A stretch of 25,873 bases of DNA from a virus. Taxonomy: Duplodnaviria; Caudoviricetes. The notes beneath the pieces were generated by a model. The model searched no databases. It was not told the origin of the DNA and worked only from the letters and a program-made list of their open reading frames with translations. Positions 1-8,586 of the stretch are shown here, one piece after another; position 1 is the stretch's first letter; each line of letters begins with the position of its first letter. The position numbers and the translations under genes are program-made. The stretch spans positions 1 through 25,873 of IMG/VR virus record IMGVR_UViG_3300006025_000047; one strand, given 5' to 3'.

Positions 1-2
1 TG

Positions 3-1385
3 GCTGCTGCTGATACTGGTGATTTGGCTGAAGGCTCAAATCTCTACTGGACTGTCGCTCGTGGTGAGTCGATGTTCGACAGCAAAATGGCTGCGGCTGA
101 TACTGGCGACTTGGCTGAAGGTTCCAACCTTTACTTCACAGACGCTCGTGCTATTGCTGCTGCAACAGGATCATTGTCTGCTGATGGAGATCTTATTTCT
201 TACAGTGCGGGTGTTTTCTCAACTGTTGCTTCTAACTTCTCTGCTTCTTGGGATGTTAAGATGGCTGCTGCTGATACTGGCGACTTGGCTGAAGGTTCCA
301 ACCTTTACTACACCGAGGCTCGTTGGGATGCTAAAATGGCTGCTGCCGACACTGGTGACTTGGCTGAAGGTTCCAACCTCTACTACACTGACGCTCGTGC
401 TCGTGCATCCGTAAGTGCTGATGGGGATCTTGTTTTATATAACAGTTCAACTGGCGTATTCAGTTCTAATGCTTATCAATTCTCTGGTTCTTGGGACGCA
501 AAGATGGCTGCTGCTGATACCGACGACTTGGCTGAAGGTGCAAGTAACTTGTACTGGACTGTTGCTCGTGGTGAAAGCATGTTCGACAGCAAGTTGGCTG
601 CTGCTGACACTGACGATTTGGCTGAAGGTGCAAGCAACCTTTACTACACCGACGCAAGAGTTCGTGCTGCTGTTTCCGCTGGAGACGGACTTGACTTCAA
701 CTCAAGCACAGGCGTATTCTCGGTTGATCTTAAGACATTAGGTGGTCTTCAGATTGATTCAACAGAACTTGCTATTGATCTCAACAACCTCGCAACTGTT
801 GGTGGTCCAGTTCTTGCAGAAGACTCCATTGCATACATTGATGCAGACGGAAACGTTTCTGTAAAGACTCCAGTTTCCACAATGGTTGGAAATATGGCTG
901 GTGCTGGTCTTGGTCAGAACTCGACTTCTAAGGCATTAGAAGTTAATGTTGATGATTCCTCAATCGAAATCAACCTTGATACACTTAGAATCAAGGCTGC
1001 TGGTATCACCAACGATATGTTGTCTGGATCGATTGCTTCTTCAAAGATTGCTGAACTCAACAGTTTCGACACTGATGATTTAGCAGAAGGTGCAAGCAAC
1101 CTCTACTACACAGACGCAAGAGTAAGAGCCGCTGTAAGCGCAGACGGAGATCTTATCTCCTTCGACAGCAGCACTGGTGCTTTCTCGACTGTTGTTGCTA
1201 ACTTCTCTGCTTCTTGGGATGCTAAAATGGCTGCTGCTGATACTGGTGATCTTGCAGAAGGTTCCAACCTTTACTGGACAACTGCTCGTGGTGAGTCGAT
1301 GTTCGACAGCAAAATGGCTGCGGCTGATACCGACGATCTCGCAGAAGGTGCATCCAACCTTTACTTCACTGACGCTAGAGCAAGA
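3..1385 (+). repeat. Intragenic repeats encoding AAADT(G/D)DLAEG(A)SNLY(W/Y/F)T units (9 copies in window)
   Basis: Near-identical DNA blocks such as gctgctgctgatactggtgatttggctgaaggctcaaatctctactgg recur at about 3, 90, 265, 340, 508, 598, 1230 and 1318, with a shorter copy at about 1068. Confidence 0.9.
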
Positions 1386-2381
1386 GGTGCTGTATCTGTA
1401 AATGACGCTGGTGGAGACGGAAGCCTTGCTTACGACTCAAGCACTGGTGTTATTACTTACACTGGACCGTCTGCTGCTGAAGTCAGAGCACACTTCTCTG
1501 GTGGAACAGGCGTGGACATCACTGATGGTGTTGTTTCTGTCGGACAAGCAATCGGAACTTCGGATAGCCCAGAGTTCGCTGGACTTACACTTGGCGAAGC
1601 AGAAGATCAAATCTTGTTCCCTGCTGCTGATGGATCCATCGAAAGCAGTGCAGATCTTAAGTTCGTTGCTGGTCAAGGTCTTAAGGTAGGCGCAAACATC
1701 TCTGGTTCTGCTAATGTTTTGGTCGGTGGTGCTCTTGTTCTCGGACAATACGCTAACGGTGCTGGAATCGCTAACGAATCTGGTCAGGGTGTTATGTCTA
1801 TCACGGGTCAAGACGCATACTTCGCTGCTGATCTTAATGTAACTGTTGACCTTGGTGTTAGCGGTGACTCTGTTCTCGTTGGTGACTTGACTGTTGGTCA
1901 GGACGGTGCTGTTGATGTTGCAAGATTCCACGGTGATACTTCTGGTACTAAGATGGAATACTCAGCAGATATGCTTAAGTTCTCTACCTCTGGTCAGGCT
2001 GATCACATCAAAATCGGTGGAGACGCTTCAAGTGACTTCGCTATTGATGTTTCTAACGTTGCTGGAAACGGTGGTAAAGTTCGTGCTGCTGCATTCGTTA
2101 CTTACTCGGATGAATCTTTGAAGTCCGATGTCGAAGTAATGAACACTGCTCTTGATGCTGTTATGGCTCTCAACGGTGTAGAGTTCACTTGGAAGGATTC
2201 TGGCGAAAGAGACTTCGGTTTCATCGCTCAGGAAGTTGCTCAAGTTCTTCCAAAGGCTGTTCACACTGCTGCAAACGGCATTTCCGGGGTTGACTACTCA
2301 AGACTTACTTCTGTTCTCGTCGAGGCTGTAAAGGCTCAACAAGTTCAGATCGAAGAATTGAAAGCGATCCTCAAGAAGTAA
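3..2381 (+). CDS. Tail fibre-like protein with DLAEG(A)SNLY repeats and C-terminal peptidase S74-type intramolecular chaperone (5' end truncated by window)
   Basis: The frame is open from position 3 (AAADTGDLAEG...), so the true start lies upstream. It has nine T(G/D)DLAEG(A)SNLY repeats and a Gly/Ser/Ala-rich body. The C-terminus reads YSDESLK...FTWK...GFIAQEV...VDYSRLTSVLVEAVK plus a coiled coil, typical of S74 chaperone domains. Confidence 0.85.
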   Translation, partial: AAADTGDLAEGSNLYWTVARGESMFDSKMAAADTGDLAEGSNLYFTDARAIAAATGSLSADGDLISYSAGVFSTVASNFSASWDVKMAAADTGDLAEGSNLYYTEARWDAKMAAADTGDLAEGSNLYYTDARARASVSADGDLVLYNSSTGVFSSNAYQFSGSWDAKMAAADTDDLAEGASNLYWTVARGESMFDSKLAAADTDDLAEGASNLYYTDARVRAAVSAGDGLDFNSSTGVFSVDLKTLGGLQIDSTELAIDLNNLATVGGPVLAEDSIAYIDADGNVSVKTPVSTMVGNMAGAGLGQNSTSKALEVNVDDSSIEINLDTLRIKAAGITNDMLSGSIASSKIAELNSFDTDDLAEGASNLYYTDARVRAAVSADGDLISFDSSTGAFSTVVANFSASWDAKMAAADTGDLAEGSNLYWTTARGESMFDSKMAAADTDDLAEGASNLYFTDARARGAVSVNDAGGDGSLAYDSSTGVITYTGPSAAEVRAHFSGGTGVDITDGVVSVGQAIGTSDSPEFAGLTLGEAEDQILFPAADGSIESSADLKFVAGQGLKVGANISGSANVLVGGALVLGQYANGAGIANESGQGVMSITGQDAYFAADLNVTVDLGVSGDSVLVGDLTVGQDGAVDVARFHGDTSGTKMEYSADMLKFSTSGQADHIKIGGDASSDFAIDVSNVAGNGGKVRAAAFVTYSDESLKSDVEVMNTALDAVMALNGVEFTWKDSGERDFGFIAQEVAQVLPKAVHTAANGISGVDYSRLTSVLVEAVKAQQVQIEELKAILKK

Positions 2382-2394
2382 TACTTTTTGAAAC

Positions 2395-2433
2395 GGGGTT
2401 GGGGATCTACGGGTCCCCAGCCTCACTTTTCTT
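2395..2433 (+). terminator. Rho-independent terminator after tail fibre gene
   Basis: Stem GGGGTTGGGGATC / GGTCCCCAGCCTC closes a cUACGg (UNCG) tetraloop and is followed by ACTTTTCTT. Confidence 0.8.
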
Positions 2434-2436
2434 ATT

Positions 2437-2691
2437 ATGAAAATCCGCAATAGAATAGACATTATAAACTATGTAAGGCAACACGATCCTACTTGTCGTG
2501 TGGAAGATAATGTTATATTCGTTCCCAAAGCATTTATTATTAACACTGTTATCCAATGGTGCTACAATCAACTCGAAACAAAGAAAATGAACCCAGAAGA
2601 AATGAACTTTTATCTAATGGCTATACAAGGTTTTGTCGAAGGCAAATCTAACTTATCTTGGGATGAACAAGGTAACTTAGTGATTTCATAA
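2437..2691 (+). CDS. Hypothetical protein (84 aa)
   Basis: The ORF fills the gap between terminator and scaffold gene and has a plausible protein composition. There is no clear Shine-Dalgarno and no recognisable motif. Confidence 0.55.
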   Translation: MKIRNRIDIINYVRQHDPTCRVEDNVIFVPKAFIINTVIQWCYNQLETKKMNPEEMNFYLMAIQGFVEGKSNLSWDEQGNLVIS

Positions 2692-2729
2692 AACAAGTAG
2701 TTATTTTTTGGCGTTTTTCATTTTTATAG

Positions 2730-2739
2730 AACTATTTAT
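2730..2739 (+). promoter_or_regulatory. Putative phage late promoter motif AACTATTTAT
   Basis: The motif recurs upstream of several structural genes. This copy is about 50 nt before the scaffold start codon. Confidence 0.6.
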
Positions 2740-2787
2740 TACGACGCAAAATGTCTATTTTGTGATTAAATATTAGGAGATTACACA

Positions 2788-3816
2788 ATGTCATCAATGT
2801 TAGATCAAGCAATCGTCGATGCTAAAGCACTTAAGGAAGCCGCTATCAAGAGCGCAGAGTCAACAATTATCGAGAAATACTCTCAGGAAATCAGAGAAGC
2901 AGTTGATACAATGCTAGGACAAGAAGTTCTTGTTGAAGAAGAAATGGTAGCAAATATTCCAATGGCTGCTTCTGACGTTTCTGCTGCACCAATGGGCGGC
3001 GGAGAAGAAGTTATTGAACTTGACTTTGCAGAACTTGAGCAAATGATTGATCAAGAGTTGGCTGATGAAGAAGGTGCCGAAGAGATGACAGATCGCCACG
3101 AGTTTGCAGAAGAAGAACTTGAAGACGAAGAAGAAGGCGAAGAAAATCTCCAAGAAAGCGACGAAATAGACTTGACTTCATTGTTTTCAATGCTCGAAGC
3201 CGAAGACGACGAAGACGAAGAAATTAACTTAGACGAAGAAGCAGTTAAAGAACTTGCTGAAAAACTTACCCTTGACTTTCAACCAGAGAAATCCGGTTGG
3301 TTAGGAACTCCAGTTTCTCAATCAGACGATGCACACGAGGAATACAAAGCACTCGAAGCACACGCAGAAGAAGCAGAAATGGAAGTTGGAAAGTTGAGAG
3401 AATCCGTCGAGACTCTTGAAGCAGAGAAAAAAGAACTTCAAGAAAGCCTTGAGAAACTTCAGGCTAAAACCAAACACTTTGAGGGCGTTGCTCTCAAGTT
3501 AAAAGACGCTTTGAACGAAACCTCCGTTCAGAACGCAAAACTTCTTTACACAAACGAAACATTGATTAGCGACTCGTTGAATGGGCGACAAAAAGCAAAA
3601 CTTGTCGAGGCTATTTCAAATGCGAAGTCTGTTGAAGAGGCTAAGGTAATCTTTGAAACCCTTCAAAGCACGGTGAGTGGCACTAAGAATGAGTCCCCAA
3701 AAACACTAAGCGAGGCGGTTAGTAGGAAATCTACTTTATTACCACAAACTAATGAGGCTAAACAACCAGTTGATCCTCGCATTGACAGAATGCGTAGATT
3801 AGCCGGATTAAACTAA
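2788..3816 (+). CDS. Prohead core scaffolding protein (T4 gp22-like role)
   Basis: It lies directly upstream of the major capsid gene. The protein is very acidic with a long coiled coil, many L/I-x-E motifs and a C-terminal RMRRLAGL. An SD AGGAG precedes it. Confidence 0.75.
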   Translation: MSSMLDQAIVDAKALKEAAIKSAESTIIEKYSQEIREAVDTMLGQEVLVEEEMVANIPMAASDVSAAPMGGGEEVIELDFAELEQMIDQELADEEGAEEMTDRHEFAEEELEDEEEGEENLQESDEIDLTSLFSMLEAEDDEDEEINLDEEAVKELAEKLTLDFQPEKSGWLGTPVSQSDDAHEEYKALEAHAEEAEMEVGKLRESVETLEAEKKELQESLEKLQAKTKHFEGVALKLKDALNETSVQNAKLLYTNETLISDSLNGRQKAKLVEAISNAKSVEEAKVIFETLQSTVSGTKNESPKTLSEAVSRKSTLLPQTNEAKQPVDPRIDRMRRLAGLN

Positions 3817-3840
3817 CTTTTAATAGGAGAAATAAAAACT

Positions 3841-5661
3841 ATGTCAGTTTTAGATAAATTAACAGAAGGTATTGTTAATCGTGATCTCCAGAAAGAAGGT
3901 GCAGCCCTACTTAACAAGTGGGAGAAAACCGGACTTCTTGAGGGACTTGACAATGACCAGAAAAAAGACGGAATGGCTCGTTTGCTTGAGAACCAAGCAA
4001 AAGAATTGCTCCGTGAGGCTTCCAGTATGGCTGGAGGTGATGTTGAAGGTTTCGCAGCAGTTGCGTTCCCAATCGTTCGCCGTGTATTCGGTTCTTTGAT
4101 CGCTAACGATCTTGTCAGCGTTCAACCAATGAGTTTGCCTTCGGGTCTCATTTTCTTCTTGGACTTCACAACAAATGGTGATATTCCAAGCCCAGCAAAG
4201 CCGGGATATCCTGATAACTCTTCCCTCTACGGTGGCGGAGTTGTTGCTAGTCAGTTGACTGGTGGTGTTTCACTCACAGGTGACAACCTTGAAAGAGGAC
4301 CATACAGTTTGAACAACGGTTTTTCAAGCCCAACTGGTTCTGAGTTGATTGATGTTTCTGTAAATCCATTATTCTTGGTTGCTTCTGGTACTGTTGGTGC
4401 TGCTGGTCCTTCTTCTAATCAGGATGACTACCCACTTACAGTTGCTGCACAGAGAACACTTGATAAACTCGTTCGTTTTGACGCAGACCTCTCTGGTTCA
4501 CAAGTTGCAGTCTTTGAAATGACAGGTACTTCTGACTTGGCGCAAATGGACTTGAGAAACTTGGTAGCAATCGGAACAAAAGATTCTACAGTTGCAGGTC
4601 AAGGTATCCTTGGTGGTCGTCTTGTTCGTCGTTTGACTGAAGTATCTACTGGTTCTGTTGGTGATGATCCTGAACTTGCGATTTTCAAACTTAAGTTGGT
4701 ATTTGAAGCAACTGGTTCACAAGTTTTGGGTAACGGAACTGATACTCCAATCGACGGAACAAACTTGCTTCACTGTGTAACTGGTGCTGACTTCACATTG
4801 AGTTTCCCAATCGATGACAACTTCAACGCAAGCAACGCTATTGGTTCTGTTGTTGGTGCTTCTGAGTGGCAACTTGAAAACCAAGCAGCAATCCCAGAAA
4901 TCGACATCAAAGTTGATTCCGTTGCTGTTACTGCTCAGACCAAGAAACTCAAGGCTAAGTGGACACCAGAATTGGGTCAAGACCTCAATGCTTACCACAA
5001 CCTTGATGCAGAAGTTGAACTTACAAGCATCCTTTCTGAGCAGATCGCTCTTGAGATCGACAGAGAGATTCTTGAAGACCTTATCAAAGGTGCTACTGCT
5101 GGAACTCAATACTGGTCCCGTCGTCCGGGCAAGTTCGTTGTAAGAGACACTGGTGCTCCAATCAGTTCTGCTGCTAACGAAGCATTGCTTGGTGCTGACT
5201 TCACTGGTACTGTTTCCGAATGGTACGAAACTCTTGCAGAAACCATCAATGATGTTTCGGCACAAATCCACAGAAAGACACTTCGTGGTGGAGCAAACTT
5301 CGTAGTTGTTTCCCCAGAAGTTGCTAACATCCTTGAGTTCACTGCTGGCTTCAGAGCAAGCGTAACTCACGATGCTGACCGTGGAACTATTGGTGCTGTT
5401 AACGTTGGTTCGTTGAGCAAGAAGTTTGATGTATACGTCGATCCTTACTTCCCAAGAAACGTTGTTCTTGTTGGACGTAAAGGTGGATCGTTCCTTGAAA
5501 GCGGATATGTATACGCACCTTATGTACCACTTCAGGTAACTCCAACCATTTTCGGTGTCGAGGACTTCGTACCTCGTAAGGGTGTTATGACCCGTTACGC
5601 TAAGAAGATGGTTAGACCTGATATGTACGGTCTTGTTATCTGTCAAGATCTTCTCGGATAA
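3841..5661 (+). CDS. gp23: Major capsid protein, T4 gp23-like (606 aa)
   Basis: Motifs LLENQ, FPIVRR, VQPMSLPSGLIF, V.AQTKKLKAKWTPELGQDL.AYH.LDAE.EL..ILSEQI.LEIDREI, YAPYVPL and PRKGVMTRY are characteristic of the gp23 family. An SD AGGAG precedes it. Confidence 0.95.
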   Translation: MSVLDKLTEGIVNRDLQKEGAALLNKWEKTGLLEGLDNDQKKDGMARLLENQAKELLREASSMAGGDVEGFAAVAFPIVRRVFGSLIANDLVSVQPMSLPSGLIFFLDFTTNGDIPSPAKPGYPDNSSLYGGGVVASQLTGGVSLTGDNLERGPYSLNNGFSSPTGSELIDVSVNPLFLVASGTVGAAGPSSNQDDYPLTVAAQRTLDKLVRFDADLSGSQVAVFEMTGTSDLAQMDLRNLVAIGTKDSTVAGQGILGGRLVRRLTEVSTGSVGDDPELAIFKLKLVFEATGSQVLGNGTDTPIDGTNLLHCVTGADFTLSFPIDDNFNASNAIGSVVGASEWQLENQAAIPEIDIKVDSVAVTAQTKKLKAKWTPELGQDLNAYHNLDAEVELTSILSEQIALEIDREILEDLIKGATAGTQYWSRRPGKFVVRDTGAPISSAANEALLGADFTGTVSEWYETLAETINDVSAQIHRKTLRGGANFVVVSPEVANILEFTAGFRASVTHDADRGTIGAVNVGSLSKKFDVYVDPYFPRNVVLVGRKGGSFLESGYVYAPYVPLQVTPTIFGVEDFVPRKGVMTRYAKKMVRPDMYGLVICQDLLG

Positions 5662-5684
5662 TCTGATTAGGTTTTAAGTAACAC

Positions 5685-5719
5685 AAAGAGCCTCGTCATT
5701 CATTTGGCGGGGCTTTTTT
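5685..5719 (+). terminator. Rho-independent terminator after major capsid gene
   Basis: Inverted repeat AAAGAGCCTCGTCA / TGGCGGGGCTTTTT runs into a T-tract. Confidence 0.8.
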
Positions 5720-5748
5720 GTTTCTATTTTGCTTTATCTTCTAAGGGC

Positions 5749-5758
5749 AACTAATTAC
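5749..5758 (+). promoter_or_regulatory. Putative late promoter motif variant AACTAATTAC
   Basis: This is a variant of the recurrent ACTATTTA motif, located between the terminator and the neck gene start. Confidence 0.5.
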
Positions 5759-5790
5759 TATGATACAGTCGTGTCAAGGAGATTAAATAA

Positions 5791-7092
5791 ATGGCTTACC
5801 CAACCTTAACACCAGCAAGCAATACCAGCGTCTCAAGGCTACCAGTAACTGGAACAGTTGCTAATGTTAATAGCGCAGACAATCCGCTTCCTTATGGCGT
5901 ATACATTGAACACGCTCAATCAGAAGAAGCACTTAATGCTTTTAAGGAAGGTGCAGCAGACCAAGTAACTTATGTATATAAGAAACTCGGCGGTGATGTA
6001 TTAGACATTGAGATTACAGAGTATCAAGTTTATGCTGCTTATGAAGAGGCGTGTCTTGAATATTCTTATTTAATTAATGTTCATCAAGCCAAGAATGTTC
6101 TTGGAAGTGTTCTTGGTGCTGGAACAGGATCATTTGATTCAGATGGTGAGTTGGTTAGCGGAGATACTCTTAGTGGATCAGAGGTAGGCTTAAAATATCC
6201 AAAGTTTGATTTCCAGTATGCTATGAGAGTTGGCGATGCAGTTTCTACTCAAGTAGGGATTGGCGGAACAACCCCAATCTATTCTGCTTCGTTTACAGCG
6301 GTTGTAGATAAACAAGATTACGATCTACAAAGCATTATCAGCGACACTTCTTTGACAGATGCAGATAGCCCATTTTATGGAAAACTCGGTGCTACAGGAG
6401 ACAAAAGAGTCACCATTAGAAAAGTATATTATAAAACTCCTAATGCTATGTGGAGATTTTATGGATACTATGGCGGTCTGAATACTGTAGGCAACTTGTC
6501 TTATTACGGACAATACTCAGATGATTCTACATTTGAACTAATCCCAACTTGGCAAAACAAAGCACAAGCAATGGCTTTTGAAGATTCAATCTACACAAGA
6601 GCATCTCATTTTTCTTATGAGATTAAAGATAATAAACTTAGATTATTCCCAAAGCCATATTCAGGTGGACCAACAAGTTATTGGGTTGAGTTTACAGTAG
6701 CAACTGATCCTTGGTCTGAAGAAGCAGGAAAAGAAGATGGTGCTTCCGGTGTCAACAATATGAACACTCTTCCATTCGAGAATATACCATACGATAAGAT
6801 TAATGCTATTGGTAAGCAATGGATTAGAAGATTTGCTCTTGCCTTAGCAAAAGAAATGCTCGGATTGATTAGATCTAAGTTTGCTTCTATTCCAATCCCA
6901 AATGACAGCATATCTATGAACGGTTCAGAACTTTTATCTCAAGCCAAAGAAGAACAACAAGCATTGAGAGATGAATTGAAAACTGTGCTTGATGAACTCA
7001 CTTATGAAAAACTTGCTGAAAAAGATAGCAGCATAAGTGAATCAGCACAAAATGTATTAAAGAATATTCCACCTTCACTTTTTGTAGGATAA
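5791..7092 (+). CDS. Neck / head-tail adaptor protein (T4 gp13-like)
   Basis: It follows the capsid gene. The N-terminal YKKLGGDVLDIEITEYQV and C-terminal WIRRFALALAKEMLG.IRSKF..IP.P...I.MNG.EL..QA.EE...L match the gp13-type neck protein pattern. Confidence 0.75.
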   Translation: MAYPTLTPASNTSVSRLPVTGTVANVNSADNPLPYGVYIEHAQSEEALNAFKEGAADQVTYVYKKLGGDVLDIEITEYQVYAAYEEACLEYSYLINVHQAKNVLGSVLGAGTGSFDSDGELVSGDTLSGSEVGLKYPKFDFQYAMRVGDAVSTQVGIGGTTPIYSASFTAVVDKQDYDLQSIISDTSLTDADSPFYGKLGATGDKRVTIRKVYYKTPNAMWRFYGYYGGLNTVGNLSYYGQYSDDSTFELIPTWQNKAQAMAFEDSIYTRASHFSYEIKDNKLRLFPKPYSGGPTSYWVEFTVATDPWSEEAGKEDGASGVNNMNTLPFENIPYDKINAIGKQWIRRFALALAKEMLGLIRSKFASIPIPNDSISMNGSELLSQAKEEQQALRDELKTVLDELTYEKLAEKDSSISESAQNVLKNIPPSLFVG

Positions 7093-7097
7093 GATAA

Positions 7098-7586
7098 ATG
7101 GCAAACAACAAATGGTCACAACCCGAAGCACCTCCTCCTCCCTTATTTACTGGGGAGAAAGAGCGCAATCTCGTCAAGCAGATCAATGATGAGATCATTG
7201 AGAGGGTCATAGGTCAAACAATCCTTTATTATCCTATAAGTCTTGAAAAAACTAACTTTCATCCTTTATATGGTGAAAGTATAAATAAGACTTTTTTGCC
7301 GCCTATTAGAGTTTATGCTTTGATTGGCTGGGAAGGTCAAGAAACAAGCACAGCAAATATGGGAGTAGATAAAGAATCAAGTATTAACATTTACTTCCAC
7401 AAGCGAAGATTAACCGAAGATCAAAATTTGTTTGTAAGAGAAGGTGACTTTGTTTTATACGGTCAGTTCCACTATGAAATCGTAACCTTAAACGAGCCAA
7501 GGCAAATATTTGGTCAAGTGGAACATAAAATGGAAATAATGGCTACTTGTAAGAGAGCAAGAAAAGGAACGTTCAATGGCTATTGA
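7098..7586 (+). CDS. Neck / head-closure protein (T4 gp14-like)
   Basis: It follows the gp13-like gene. Motifs include INDEIIE..IGQ.I.YY, HPLYGE and EGDFVLYG..HYEI. Confidence 0.6.
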   Translation: MANNKWSQPEAPPPPLFTGEKERNLVKQINDEIIERVIGQTILYYPISLEKTNFHPLYGESINKTFLPPIRVYALIGWEGQETSTANMGVDKESSINIYFHKRRLTEDQNLFVREGDFVLYGQFHYEIVTLNEPRQIFGQVEHKMEIMATCKRARKGTFNGY

Positions 7587-8499
7587 TAACAGATATACAG
7601 GTATACCATCTGAAAAAGCCAGTAGATATGATGATGATCTGCATTTCTCGCCTTCAACATTTGAGACGATTGATTATGCAATCTATGATTATGTCAATGA
7701 GAAGTTGGATCTTCACTCAACCACAAATACAGGATGGAAGAAAGCACCTGTTGTTTGGGTTTCTTCCGAGAGATCATTTCAGATTAAGAATAACGAAACC
7801 TATAGAGATAACGAAGGTATGATTATATTGCCTGTTATCACTATTGAAAGAACTGCTATTGTAAAAGATCTCAACACAAGAGGAGCCTTTTATGGAGATC
7901 AGTTCCCAATACAAAGTCAACCAGAAAAAGGTGGCTCTCTTGTTATTGCGAGAAGAATAAAGCAAGACAAGACTTCTAACTTTGCAAATGCAGATGCTAA
8001 TAAAAAATACAACAACAGGGTCGGACCTAACTTTGTTAGACAATCAACAAGCAAAGTTGTCTATGAATATATTTCTATTCCGCCTATTGTTTATGTTGAG
8101 ATTACCTATTCAATTACATTGAGAACAGAGTATCAGCAGCAGATGAACGAACTAATGCAACCTTTTATAACAAGACCGGGAACAATCAACAGTTTTATGA
8201 TTGAAAGAGAAGGTCATCGCTATGAGACATTTGTCCAAGGAGATTATAGTCTTAACAATAATCTTTCAGAGATGACAACAGAAGAAAGAAGATTTGAAAC
8301 AAAAGTTGATTTAAAAGTATTAGGATACTTAATAGGAGAAGGAAATAACCAAGACACACCAAAGTTCTCTATTAGAGAAAACGCCGTTGAAGTAAAGATC
8401 CCAAGAGAACACGTTGTATACGACGATCCTTTGTCTGTAAGTGGTGATGGAATAACAAACAGGTCAAATACAGCAGTGGATGGTAAGTATAGAGAATAA
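7576..8499 (+). CDS. Tail completion / sheath terminator protein (T4 gp15-like)
   Basis: It sits between the neck genes and the sheath gene and overlaps the upstream gene by 11 nt. Motifs LPVITIERT and P.YVEITYSITLRTEYQQQMNELMQ.F resemble gp15-type tail terminators. Confidence 0.6.
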   Translation: MAIDNRYTGIPSEKASRYDDDLHFSPSTFETIDYAIYDYVNEKLDLHSTTNTGWKKAPVVWVSSERSFQIKNNETYRDNEGMIILPVITIERTAIVKDLNTRGAFYGDQFPIQSQPEKGGSLVIARRIKQDKTSNFANADANKKYNNRVGPNFVRQSTSKVVYEYISIPPIVYVEITYSITLRTEYQQQMNELMQPFITRPGTINSFMIEREGHRYETFVQGDYSLNNNLSEMTTEERRFETKVDLKVLGYLIGEGNNQDTPKFSIRENAVEVKIPREHVVYDDPLSVSGDGITNRSNTAVDGKYRE

Positions 8500-8522
8500 T
8501 TTTGGACTTTGGAAAAAAGAAA

Positions 8523-8532
8523 CACTATTTAT
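8523..8532 (+). promoter_or_regulatory. Putative late promoter motif CACTATTTAT
   Basis: Recurrent motif in the intergenic gap upstream of the tail sheath gene. Confidence 0.6.
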
Positions 8533-8586
8533 TAGAGAAATAAATTCGTCAAGAATATTGGACGTTTCAAAGGAGAATAGAATAAA

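Noticed and set aside
3-1385. Repeats as a CRISPR array or a DGR template/variable repeat pair
   Set aside because: The repeats are in-frame coding units with mostly synonymous differences and irregular spacing. There is no adenine-specific mismatch pattern and no cas or reverse transcriptase gene in the window.
19-2121. Alternative-frame + strand ORFs overlapping the fibre gene (19-414, 415-741, 1177-1401, 1402-1689, 1894-2121)
   Set aside because: These are Leu-rich by-products of GCT/GAT-rich repetitive codons in the real frame.
4717-5646. 309-aa minus-strand ORF opposite the capsid gene
   Set aside because: It lies entirely antisense to a highly conserved gene and has no motif. It is best explained as a shadow ORF caused by biased codon usage.
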